Positions 51,841 through 64,000 of a stretch of DNA of 64,000 nucleotides are shown one piece after another. Location of the stretch: NCBI RefSeq assembly GCF_006345805.1, contig NC_043001.1, positions 93,372,001-93,436,000 on the forward strand, in the 5' to 3' direction. The notes below the pieces were generated by a model, which searched no databases, had not been told where the DNA came from, and worked only from the letters and a program-made list of their open reading frames with translations. The position numbers and the translations under genes were made by a program. The stretch's first letter is position 1. The number at the start of each line of letters is the position of its first letter. The stretch is from Octopus sinensis (Eukaryota).

Positions 51841-53105
51841 TATAATAAACATATCAACACAATATGTCCAAGCTATTGAGTTCTGTTGGAGATAATATTT
51901 TCGATCTGTAAAATTTAATATATGCGTGTGTATCTGTATGTACACACAGACATAGTATTACATTATATATTTATATAATTCCTCATATTGTTGTCTTTTA
52001 AACTAGCTAACTAGACACAACAGTATAATGATTTAAATAATTACAAAATATTAATACTATGTGTGTGTGTGTGCGTATGCGTACACACACATATGCACAC
52101 GCATCATGTAACTTCAATTTCTCTCCCATGTCTATGTCCACATCTATAATTTTATATGTACACAATATATATACGCAAATACTCTTATAAACACGTGTAA
52201 ACTACCTAGTTTATACACGACTGTTTTTAGTGTGTGTATGTGGTGTGTGTGTGAGTGTATGTGTGTTTGGGCGAGCATGTGCGTGTGTTTCTGTGCCTGT
52301 GATTATTGAATTTTCATATATCAATGTTGCTTGAGTGCCAAATGTATTTTCCATGGAGCAAGATACAAAACCACAGAAGCAATAATACGCTAAACAACTG
52401 TACACACACACACACAGACACAGACACACAGACACACACACACACACACACACGTATGAAGACAAAACCAGTTATTGTTCTTCGAGAGTTAAGACATCCT
52501 TCCGAAGATTATGGCTTATTAGTTTATACTGAATGTCATTGCCAACGGAACTGTAGGGTATAATTAAGGGCTTCAGTTCTGTATCAATATAACAATGCTA
52601 TTTTCGTTGAATTTTCAGCTGCATTCTTACGATGATGCTATAATTGTAAGTGTATTCGAATCCATAGTACTAAATCAAAGAAGAAATTTGTCGATAAATT
52701 TTGGACTGCTGTGAGAAGGTTTTCCTTTTTTTTTATAGTAGCAGCGTTAATGCTGTAAGGGAATGTTGTAAATTGTCAATTTGCAGTGTTTGCTATCTAT
52801 TTTTGTACTAATAATTACACCATTATAGATGCTAACTTATTGACTATTTTTGCTAAATAGATTACATACATATACCACACATACGTACGTACATACATAT
52901 ATGCACATGTATACAGCTACATGCATACATACATTAATATACCCATACAAACGTACGTACATGTATGCATATATGAATATATACACGCGTCCATATATAT
53001 GAATAAAAATATGAATATGTAATAATAACAATATTAATAATAATAACGATGATGATGATGATGATGATGATCATAATGATGATGATGATGATATAGATAA
53101 TAATG

Positions 53106-53162
<57 letters not shown>

Positions 53163-53952
53163 GTAATAATAATAATGATAATAATGATTTCCTTTTAATA
53201 AAACTATTGAACAGATTATCTCGTATTGTTACAATTGTTTCATGAAGAGTCTTCATTATGAGGTAAACATGGTTGTATCAAGTACTTAACATGAACAACG
53301 TTTACAAGAAAGTGTAATACGTTATACAACTCTCAACTCGTCAGTATTACCAAAATACACACAAGAGAGGAGAGACATACTGCTGAATCAGCAGTTCATC
53401 AACAAATGAGATTTCGAATCAGTTACCAACATTTAAGAAATGTAAAGTGGGAGTGACTACCATCATTTAACCACATAGGTTGATTGCAACACGAGGCTGT
53501 AAATTGTAGAATAGTTAAAAGACATATCGATTCTAAAAAAAACATCATTAAACTTAGTGAAATTACACATAAAAGCTGGTACTGGCAAGACGAGCTTGTA
53601 TATCAGCAGATAGCAGGCGCCAAGCATTACATTTCAGTCTATGGAAACATTTTAGAAGGTAATTGTTCTCTAAAAGAAAAAATACTGTGTTGTATTGTTT
53701 AATACATCAAGGGAGTAAAGTGGTTAATAAATTCAAACGTTACTAATTCATTTACTTAATTCTTCTTGATTAAAACACTCTGGTTATTTATTGCAGATAT
53801 AATTACTGAAGAAATAATAGCTTTATTTAAAGCGATCTAGCGAAGAACTATTCAGGGTAAATAAAGAAAAAGGCAGAGAATAACATCCCAGCGAAATTTT
53901 GGATGAGTGGCAAAGAAAATAGAGAGGAAAGAAAATAAAAAAGAAAATATAT

Positions 53953-54360
53953 AGGCGCAGGAGTGGCTGTGTGGTAAGTAGCTTGCTAACCAACCACATG
54001 GTTCCGGGTTCAGTCCCACTGCGTGGCGTCTTGGGCAAGTGTCTTCTGCTATAGCTTCGGGCCGACCAAAGCCTTGTGAGTGGATTTGGTAGACGGAAAC
54101 TGAAAGAAGCCTGTCGTATATATGTTTATATATGTATGTATGTGTGTGTATGTGTTTGTGTGTCTGTGTTTGTCTCCCTAGCATTGCTTGACAACCGATG
54201 CTGGTGTGTTTACGTCCCTGTAACTTAGCGGTTCGGCAAAAGAGACCGATAAAGTAAGTACTGGGCTTACAAAGGATAAGTCCCGGGGTCGATTTGCTCG
54301 ACTAAAGGCGGTGCTCCAGCATGGCCGCAGTCAAATGACTGAAACAAGTAAAAAAAAAAG
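53953..54360 (+). mobile_element. SINE family A, full length, well preserved
   Basis: Near-identical by eye to 30285-30705 and to the reverse complement of 62896-63300. Confidence 0.92.
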
Positions 54361-55081
54361 ACAGCTATAATCACAATGCCAGCAATCAGAACCTATAAGT
54401 TGCTAAATAGAAGCGGATTGGAATAAAACTAATAGAGAATCTGAACAACACTAATGGCAGGAACACCGCATTAGCATGATGAAATAGATACATGCGTATA
54501 CTAGATTAATGAAAGTAGTTTAGGCAATAATGTTTTAACAAAATAAAAATTTACAAGTTAAATATAGAAGTTTAAAGAGTTCAGATACATATCTTTTAGG
54601 AATTGGTAGACAATGGAAAACCGCACAGCTATTTCCATTAAAAAATCGAAAAACTATGAATCCAAACGTTTGTATAAACCAATATTGTCATATTATTATT
54701 GAGAACGGAGCAAATCAATGAAAGTCATATAGATTAAGTAGATAGGTCAGATCGCTACTATAATAATTTAAAATTATGGGAGGTATTAGGGAAATGTTAT
54801 AAAAATTTATAAGTATCATAAAGGCTTAAATGTTAATAAATGTTAACAACATTTATAGGATTATAACGAATTATAAAGAATTAAGAAGGATATCAGTAGG
54901 GTGGATGTAGCAGATATTATAAAAAAAACCCTTAAGGTTAGAAGAAAATTGAATAAATTCACTAAATTATTAGTTATATAAATTTACAACCATCGGTATT
55001 TGTTGTTAGAAGTAAGAGTTGGTAAAGGTAGCTTAAATAATAAGTTATTAGTATTGATATTTATACAATCGGTTTAAAGTA

Positions 55082-55570
55082 TCAGAAAGTTCTTCGGATA
55101 AAATGCAGGCATTTGATCTTTAATTCATTAATAACATCACCTGTGTATTTTGAGATTTCTCACAGTCCCAAACAGCGGAGATTGCAACCATATCTATCAC
55201 TGACATAAAGGCTTATCATGATTAAAGATGCTCTACGTTAGATGAAAATCGATAAGTGTGTCCCTTAACTCCCAGTCTTTCGCGGATAGCAATGTTTTCA
55301 TGTTATCTCTACTTCTAAATGTATGAATAGTATTATGCTTCTTGATTTAAATTAGAATATGTGGAACCTACTTGAGTGAAAGCATGTAGATAAGTTTCAT
55401 CCTTGCATTTATATACGATGTTTTTGGTCAGGCATTTATTTCCTAGCGGGATGTCAATTATCTTTTTACTGTTACATAATCTAGTTAATGTTGGGGTGGG
55501 AATATTGTGGATTAAAAAAACTCACACCATTAAGCGTTAGATAGACATCATAAATAGCTCTACTGATTAA
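55082..55570 (-). mobile_element. Penelope-like element GIY-YIG endonuclease relic
   Basis: Minus translation RLCNSKKIIDIPLGNKCLTKNIVYKC...QVGST, then H-TFRSRDNMKTLLSAKDWELRD...LT*SI, then GCNLRC...INELKIKCLH...TF*. Follows the CN-...CPL-G-CL...IVY-C...G-T...LS--IW-LK...CNLC...C-H pattern of Penelope/Poseidon endonucleases; frameshifted. Confidence 0.7.
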
Positions 55571-55666
55571 ATTCCTTGCCATATTCACTTTAAGTTATTT
55601 CTCCAAACTTATTTTAATCCTATATATATATATATTATATTATATATAATATATATATATAATATA

Positions 55667-55704
<38 letters not shown>

Positions 55705-55732
55705 TATTATATATATATATTATATATATATA

Positions 55733-55880
55733 AGTTCAGTAAAATTTAGATTCATTTGAATACGGTAAAATTAAAGGCACCAGAATTTGGTATGGCATTA
55801 CCCATATAATTCAAAACGAGGTGATTACAATCAAAATAAGCAACAAGGATATCCAGAGGTAATGCTGTACGATCGCTTCA

Positions 55881-55884
<4 letters not shown>
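55733..55884. repeat. Interspersed repeat, copy 1 of a direct-repeat pair (copy 2 at 57482-57638)
   Basis: AGTTCA-AAAATTTAGATTCA...GGCACCA-AATTT...CAACAAGGATATCC-GAGGTAATGC--TACGATCG-TTCATGCA shared by both copies. Confidence 0.75.
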
Positions 55885-55935
<51 letters not shown>

Positions 55936-56091
55936 CAACAATTGAGGGTAAAATTAATTAATTAATCAATTTCACCAAGTGTTCAGTATGTAAAGGACCA
56001 TAGTATGTGGCAAAGTAATTTATTAGTTCAGTATGTGGCAAAGTAATTTATTTTACTAAGCCCTAATTATATAATATATATATAATATATA

Positions 56092-56127
<36 letters not shown>

Positions 56128-56214
56128 TGTATGTATGTATGTATGTATGTATGTATGTATGCATGCATGTATTTATTTTCATTCCATATATATGCATTTG
56201 CATATATCCATTTG

Positions 56215-56246
<32 letters not shown>

Positions 56247-56269
56247 ATATATGTATGTATTTACATAAA

Positions 56270-56545
56270 AAAAGGATCACAGTCCTACCCAGAACCATAG
56301 GTGCATGAGGCCGGTTTCCCAGAATCTCTGGCTTATATATATATATAATATATATATATATATACCATTCCATTCCTGACAAGATGCAGGTCCTTCGCAG
56401 GATTATTTATTTTTGCTAGCTGAGGGGATTGGAACAACGTGAAACGTACATTTTTGCTTAACAACAGAACGCATCGTTCGGTCCAGGAATTGAGACGACA
56501 ATTCTACAATAATGACTACAACACCTTTAATCTCTAAGCCGCGCT
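56270..56545 (-). mobile_element. SINE family C, diverged, interrupted by (TA)n
   Basis: GCCGGTTTCCCAGAATCTCTGGC matches 42275-42295; GGAACAACGTGAAA...TTTGCTTAACAAC matches the family C core. Confidence 0.5.
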
Positions 56546-57413
56546 CTCCAAAACATAAATACATACATGCATACGTACACATATATGTGCATATATCGAG
56601 AGTTGTGTATATGTGTATGTTGGCGCATGTATCCAAAATATGTCAAATATTTATTACCTTTCACAGCCTATTCTTCTGAATGAGGTGATTTGCATTGCCT
56701 TTTCACCCCTTTATAGCAAAAATTGCCCATATGATTACTACTAAAACTACTGCCGGAATTGTTGGTGTTTGTCTGTTACATTTATGCATCATTAGACCAG
56801 TGTTTACCTTAGTCGTTAACGAACATAAACCTATTTTACCATTGTATCGTGGCATCAGTTGCTTTTATATCATAAATAGTTTATATTTGGCGAAATTCTC
56901 TTCACATTTGCTTACTAATATTTTTCCTTGTATTTTTGTATGATGTAACGCATAACAGCTGGTTCATGTTACAATTGCAAGTCGAACTAGCAGGACAGTG
57001 CCGTAATTGTATCGCAAATATAACACTTGAAAACATGTGGTTTATGACTTTCACGTTTGATATCAAGTTACTTTATCGCAATGGCCATCAGTAATTTCAT
57101 TGCATGCTTACGAACCTGTGGCTTCGTATCATTTAGAGTTTCTTAAATGTTTTGTAGAATATTAATTGCATTATTTTAAGGTTTGTAACAATGGATTTTA
57201 TTGCCTTGTCTTACGAGATATCCATTATGCGTTCATCTAAGCTGTAGTAACTATTAGACATGTTTTAACCTTTATATGGATAGCTTGTGCATTGATTAAC
57301 AGGTGGATGATGCATTTCTTGTGTTATATTTCCGTCTGTATTATTGTATTCCGTCTGTATTATTGTATTTTTTATAACACCAGCTAGCGTTGGTGTTATA
57401 ACATTACAGACCT

Positions 57414-57449
<36 letters not shown>

Positions 57450-57481
57450 ATATATATATGTATATATTGGGTATGGTAGAT

Positions 57482-57638
57482 GAGTTCAACAAAAATTTAG
57501 ATTCAGATGAATATGGTACTTAAGTTGAGGCACCAAAATTTAGTACGCTATTATCCATACAATTTGAATGTAAGGTGATTAAAATCAAAATATGCAACAA
57601 GGATATCCTGAGGTAATGCAATACGATCGTTTCATGCA
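57482..57638. repeat. Interspersed repeat, copy 2 of a direct-repeat pair
   Basis: Aligns with 55733-55884. Confidence 0.75.
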
Positions 57639-58861
57639 ATTCCGGTTAATTGAACAATGCAATCATTACATCAATTTATAATGTAGAGCAATCTTCAGCT
57701 ACACAAAGACATAGAATTTAATTAAATTAGAACAGATGGACATATCAGTATAATTATACGTAAAATCTCCGCATTATTTATGGGATGACCCAATTTATAC
57801 ATGTATATATATATATATACATATATAAGCACATATATATGCTTTTATATATAAGCGCATTTATGAATACATAGTAACCTTAAGAGTAATATCAGGTGTG
57901 ATTCAGCATCTGATGGCACTTCGGATACCCAAAGCAGTTCGAAGTAGCCGCAATGATGAAACGTTGGGAGGGAACAAATTATAAACCTAAGTTTGTCATA
58001 ACTCTAATAGATACATACACAGACATGCACACACATACACACGCACACACACGTACACAGACATATGTATGCATTTCTATAGGCGTATATATGTTCCTCT
58101 ATGATACTTTATGTTACAAAAATCAATAATCATATAACTCAAAATTAAAAATACAAAACAAAACATGAGTTGCAAATATACGGAAATAATGTATGACACT
58201 GGTTCATAAAGAAATGGAAACGAATTTTAAACTCTTTTGTCGCTGTAGAACACAAGACACAGGAATAACATCTGATCAATGTTTTTAGTCAACCTGTAGT
58301 CACCTGTTGCATTATGGGCGGATATATTTTAAGTGGCTGAAATCCGGTGGAGAGAAAAGAGTAGCGAACAATGTGATTCGAAAAGGCAAAGATGCAGCAC
58401 CATATCGCTGTGCACTTTGTCTGATGCACATTCTGAAGAATTCAGATACGAATAATGGTTTTTCCAATTTTACTATCTCAAAGAAATATCCAAATTGCAT
58501 ACACACACAGAAACACAGATATAAACGTGCACTCGCGCGCATATGCACGCAAAACACCCACACACCCGCACACACACACATGTCTATAGCTGCAACTACT
58601 TAGTTACATTAACATATATGTGTACATGCATATGCATACGTTAATAAGAACACCCATAAATATACATATAAATATATATATATGTATATATATAACATAT
58701 ATATATACATTATTGCTTATATATACATATATATACATGCATATATGCATATAAATATATTTCCACACACATAACTAATATATATATATACATATAAAAA
58801 TATATATAATATATATATTATATATATACATATATAATACATATATATATATGATACATAC

Positions 58862-58935
<74 letters not shown>

Positions 58936-58995
58936 GTATATATGTATATCTGTTATGTGTGTGGAATATATTCCTATGCATATATGTATATAAAA

Positions 58996-59044
<49 letters not shown>

Positions 59045-59551
59045 CATATGTGTGCGTGATGTGTGTAGAGTCAAAGTATACGGATTTAATTTACATTACT
59101 AGCGATATTATATTCGGTTAGAATATAACATTAAATAGGAACAAACAAAGTAAAAAAAAAGCCGAGCAACACAAAAATGTAAAGGAAATAACACAAAGAA
59201 AGAAAGAAAGAAAGAAGGACGGAAACAGGAATAAAAAAGACTGCATTGTGGGATTTGGAAGTCAATTTTAGATGAAAGCGAATTTCTGAAATAGTCTGTG
59301 GTTTCTTAGCTGTGTGATTAATATAAATGGTGAAGCTTACAGCTGTCGTTATTAACGATCCTGTCGTATTTCTGTTTAGAGGTGATATTGTCTGGATGCT
59401 ATTAAAATTATTGATAACTTTGCGGACAATCATTTCAAATATAAAGTTATTGTTGTAGTTGTTGTTGTTGTTGTTGTCGTAGCCGTTGATGTTGAAGCTG
59501 TTGTCGTTGCCATAGCCGTCGTCATCGTTGTTGTTAAGGTTCCTATTTTGA

Positions 59552-59554
<3 letters not shown>

Positions 59555-59603
<49 letters not shown>

Positions 59604-59786
59604 ATATGTATGTATGTATATATATATATAAATATGCATGTATATATATATATATATGTATGTATATATATATACATGTATATATATATATATATGCATA
59701 TATATATATGTATATATATGCATATATATATATGGATATATATATATATATGTATGTATATATATATAATATATATATATATATAT

Positions 59787-59819
<33 letters not shown>

Positions 59820-59828
59820 GTATATATG

Positions 59829-59859
<31 letters not shown>

Positions 59860-59885
59860 GTGTATATATCTATATATATATATGT
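59555..59885. repeat. Compound (TA)n/TATG array
   Basis: Directly visible. Confidence 0.93.
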
Positions 59886-60289
59886 GTGTATGTTCTTATC
59901 TTTTGGTGTGGTTTTGTATCGTTGCGTTGGTTGTTGTCAATGCCGTCCGCTTGCTCTTTTTCTCCCTTTCATTTGAACAAAAATAAAAATCATAATAATA
60001 ATAATAAAAATAAAAATAATAATAATGAAAAAAAGGAAACAAGTAGGAAAGACTATATTTGATGCTCTGTTGCTCTTTGCTGCTGCTGCTGCTGCTGCTA
60101 CCGCTGCTCTAGTTGTGTTTGTTGTTGTTGTTGTCTGGTACTGTTGCTTTGTGATAGTATTGCCAGTGTCACTTTCCATTGGCGGTGGTAGTGATGGCGC
60201 TAGTTCTGATGTATTAGTCCTACTGAATTTATACTTGTTACTACTACTCTTTGCTATTGATGTATATAGGATATCATAAAAACAATAAT

Positions 60290-60347
60290 AATTATTAATA
60301 TTCATCATCATCACCATCTTCTTCTTCTTCTTCTTCTTCTTCTTCTT

Positions 60348-60378
<31 letters not shown>

Positions 60379-60398
60379 TACTATTATTATTATTATTA

Positions 60399-60456
<58 letters not shown>

Positions 60457-60571
60457 CATTATTATTACTATTATTATGATTGGTATCATTATTATTATTA
60501 TCATTATTATTTTTATCATTCTTCTTATTATTTCTATCATCATTGTTATTATCATTATTATTATTAGTCTA

Positions 60572-60621
<50 letters not shown>

Positions 60622-60647
60622 CATCATCATTGTTATTATTATAATTA

Positions 60648-60692
<45 letters not shown>

Positions 60693-60714
60693 CATCATCA
60701 TTGTTATTATTATA

Positions 60715-60758
<44 letters not shown>

Positions 60759-60825
60759 CATCATCATTGTTATTATTATAATTATTATTATTATTATTAT
60801 TATCATCATCATTGTTATTATTATA

Positions 60826-60857
<32 letters not shown>

Positions 60858-60879
60858 CATCATCATTGTTATTATTATA

Positions 60880-60916
<37 letters not shown>

Positions 60917-61336
60917 TATTATTATTATTATTATCATCATCATCATCATTGTTATTATTATAATAATTATTATTATTATTTTTATTATTATTATTATTAT
61001 TGTTGTTGTTAATAATGTTAGTAGTGGAATAAAGAATAATACTACTAATAACGAAGGCGATTGTGTCAGTGGTGTAGTAGGTCGTCTGTCTTGATGATAA
61101 TATTGATTTCCATTATAACGCCATTTACGACCACTTCATCAGCGGTGTTATTGTTTTGTTGTTGTTGCTGTTGTTACCATCATCATCTTCATCGTCATCG
61201 AAAGCCCGATCGTCATCATGATCGTCATACTGATCGTTTTCTCATCACCACCATCATCATCACCATTATCATCATCACCACCATCATCATCACCATCATC
61301 ATCATCACCATCACCGTCATCATCACCATCATCATC

Positions 61337-61368
<32 letters not shown>

Positions 61369-62345
61369 CATCCTCATCATCATCATCATCATCCTCATCA
61401 TCATCATCACCATCATCATCAGCATAATCACGATCGTCATCATGATCGTCATAATGTTCGTCATTGTCGTCGTCTCGTCATCATCCTCGTTATCGCCATT
61501 GTCCTTGTTGTCTTGGTTGTTGTTGTTGTTGTTATTGTCATCATCGTTGTCTTGTTTGCTGCCTTTTTGTCATTCATTTCCGGTTTTACTGTTAGGATTT
61601 ATATTCATGATGTTTTCTCCGTCTTCATATTCAATGTAGCTTTTGGCAATTGCATCCTTTAATTAGCGATTTTTGCTTCTGTCCAGATGATGATCATGAT
61701 GATGTGGAGGAGGAAGAGAATAATGATGTTGAAGATTATAATCAGCGCTACTAGCCACAACACCATTACGATGGCGGCGGTGATAACAGTCAACCCTACC
61801 ATCTTCATCTACTACCATCACCTTCATCACCATCATGATCATGTTCATCATCATCATTATCATCATCATCATCGTCATCATCATGATCATCGTCGTCATC
61901 ATCGTCATCATGATCATCGTCGCCATATTCATCATCATTAGCATGATGATGATGATGATCGTCAATATCGTCATTTATCGTCATCATCATCATCGTCGTC
62001 GTCGTCGTCATCGTCATCATCATCATCATCATCATCATCAATGCTATCTTGTTGCTTTGTTCTTGGCTGTTATTTGCAGTCGACGGCGTCTCATTTTAAT
62101 TCTGAATCATTTTGTCGTTATAATTATTGTCGATAGTAATTATTTTTCGACACTGGTCATCTAATGATAATGACGACGATGCTGTTGCGTTGCTACTACA
62201 GTTACCGCTGCTACTGCTCCTACTGCTGCTCCTACTGATGATGAGCATGTTGATCATGATGATGATAATGATCATGATAATCGTAAAAACATAATTATGT
62301 AGATGTTGTGATAACGTTACCGTAGTTGTTGTTGTCAATGATGAT
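60290..62345. repeat. About 2-kb trinucleotide low-complexity block: (CTT)n, (ATT)n/(ATC)n, (CAT/CAC/CGT)n, (GAT)n
   Basis: Directly visible; source of the poly-I, poly-M, poly-H and poly-S ORFs. Confidence 0.93.
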
Positions 62346-62895
62346 TTTTATCATAATGATATCTTTAGAAAGGCTTCTTTCCTTTATTATATTTTGGTAC
62401 ATCTAGTATGTTAGTTTCCAGTGATTGCATTATATATATGTCACAATGCTGTTATTTCTATAATTGTATATTCTTTCGTTATGCTGATTTTTTTTTAGCC
62501 CAAATTGAGTTTCTTTTTTTCTATCTCTCTACACAAAAGAAAAAAAAATGATTACTTTTCAAGTTTTTGTTTTTGCAACTGATCTGCTAAAGAAATGAGA
62601 ACCCCAAGAGGAATTAAAACAACTCTGTATAACCGATCTTTCTGAACTATTACAAATTTTACACCTGAAACTTACTAATATACTTCGGTTTGTATACATA
62701 CTTAGATAAATAGATACATAGAAACATACATACATACAAAAATACCCTGTAGCTGATGTTGAAATTCCAATGAAGGAGCCTTGGATCCAGGTTACAAACC
62801 GGTTCTTTCTCTATTGGCAAGAAATCTTGAAATAAACTGAACAATGACATACATACATACCGACTTACATTCAACATATATATATATATATATAT

Positions 62896-63300
62896 TCTCT
62901 TTTTTACTCTTTTTACTTGTTTCAGTCATTTGACTGCGGCCATGCTGGAGCACCGCCTTTAGTCGAGCAAATCGACCCCGGGACTTATTCTTTTTTGTAA
63001 GCCCAGTACTTATTCTATCGGTCTCTTTTGTCGAACCGCTAAGTGACGGGGACGTAAACACACCAGCATCGGTTGTCAAGCAATGCTAGGGGAACAAACA
63101 CAGGGGAACACACACTTATATATATATACATATATACGACAGGCTTCTTTCAGTTTCCGTCTACCAAATCCACTCACAAGGCATTGGTCGGCCCGGGGCT
63201 ATAGCAGAAGACAATTGCCCAAGATGCCACGCAGTGGGACTGAACCCGGAAACCATGTGTTTGTTTAGCAAGCTACTTACCACACAGCCACTCCTGCGCC
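62896..63300 (-). mobile_element. SINE family A, full length, well preserved
   Basis: Reverse-complement match to 53953-54360. Confidence 0.92.
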
Positions 63301-63304
63301 TATA

Positions 63305-63348
<44 letters not shown>

Positions 63349-63551
63349 TATATATATAATCCATACATACATACATATGTGCATGCATGCGTACATACGT
63401 AGATACATACACTTATATACAAACAATATATATATTCTTATATATATACCCATAATAGATACACACACATACATACACACACTCTCATATATATATATAT
63501 ATATAAATATATGCATGTTTGTATATATGTATACGTCCGTATGTATATACA

Positions 63552-63582
<31 letters not shown>

Positions 63583-64000
63583 ATATATATATGTATGTAT
63601 ATATATACACACACACACATATGTATGCATATATATGTAAGTGTCTATGTGTGAGTGTGTGTTGATATATATATAAGAACTACTACTTCTACTGCTGCTG
63701 CTGCTACTGCTGCCACTGCTGCTGCTGCTGATGTTACTACTACCGCTATTCTACTACTAGCAAACACAAACTACAACTGTGCGACCATCATCGTTTCATT
63801 ACTATGATACTATTACCTTTTGAAATAAGCACGTATTCCTCAAAACGATGCCTTAGCATCTCCGTCACCACCTTAACCGTGACTTTCTCACGGCGTCAGA
63901 GATTAACTACTTATCAGTGCAGAAACTCTCATCCATTTGGCACTACCATTGCTACCCAGTCATGCTTGTTAAAACAAACGTACATAATCAGAGCCGGAGT

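Noticed and set aside
53560-53665. Walker A-like AGTGKTSLY (Helitron or Pif1 helicase?)
   Set aside because: A single short motif bracketed by stops, with no convincing downstream helicase motifs.
54760-55080. Possible mitochondrial insertion (strand-skewed AT-rich DNA)
   Set aside because: No mitochondrial gene motif in any frame; better explained as the 3' region of the adjacent Penelope relic.
56630-57230. Second Penelope (Neptune-like) coding relic
   Set aside because: Only vague Cys and YNG hints; not supportable by eye.
61000-62340. His-, Asp- or Ser-rich coding exon
   Set aside because: A degenerate CAT/CGT/GAT tract with frame-breaking interruptions, orientation switches and no splice context.
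62746-62825. Minus-strand 80-nt candidate exon (FLPIEKEPVCNLDPRLLHWNFNISYR)
   Set aside because: Weak donor, no homology recognised and no partner exons.

Overview
Eukaryotic, AT-rich, non-coding-looking DNA that is extremely rich in microsatellites. The repeat families resemble those of octopus/cephalopod genomes; this is recognition by eye, not a database result. No host protein-coding gene can be supported, and almost all supplied ORFs are microsatellite read-throughs. The window is a mosaic of simple repeats, at least four tRNA-type SINE families (several as tandem dimers or trimers), decayed LINE fragments (RTE, CR1/L2-like RT, a CCHC-bearing 3' end), a Tc1 element with both TIRs, a fold-back mariner built from two 5' ends, two hAT-Charlie-type MITEs and a Penelope-like GIY-YIG endonuclease relic. 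The most notable signal is a set of minimal type-I hammerhead ribozyme motifs from at least three unrelated repeat families (about 1.56, 8.35, 8.61, 9.57 and 10.5-10.6 kb). These include a near-perfect ~80-bp inverted repeat with one hammerhead on each strand, and a family with a shared CUGUNGA core variant and a palindromic ACGU helix III. Protein-family assignments rest on hand translation and motif recall, and no ribozyme activity is demonstrated.
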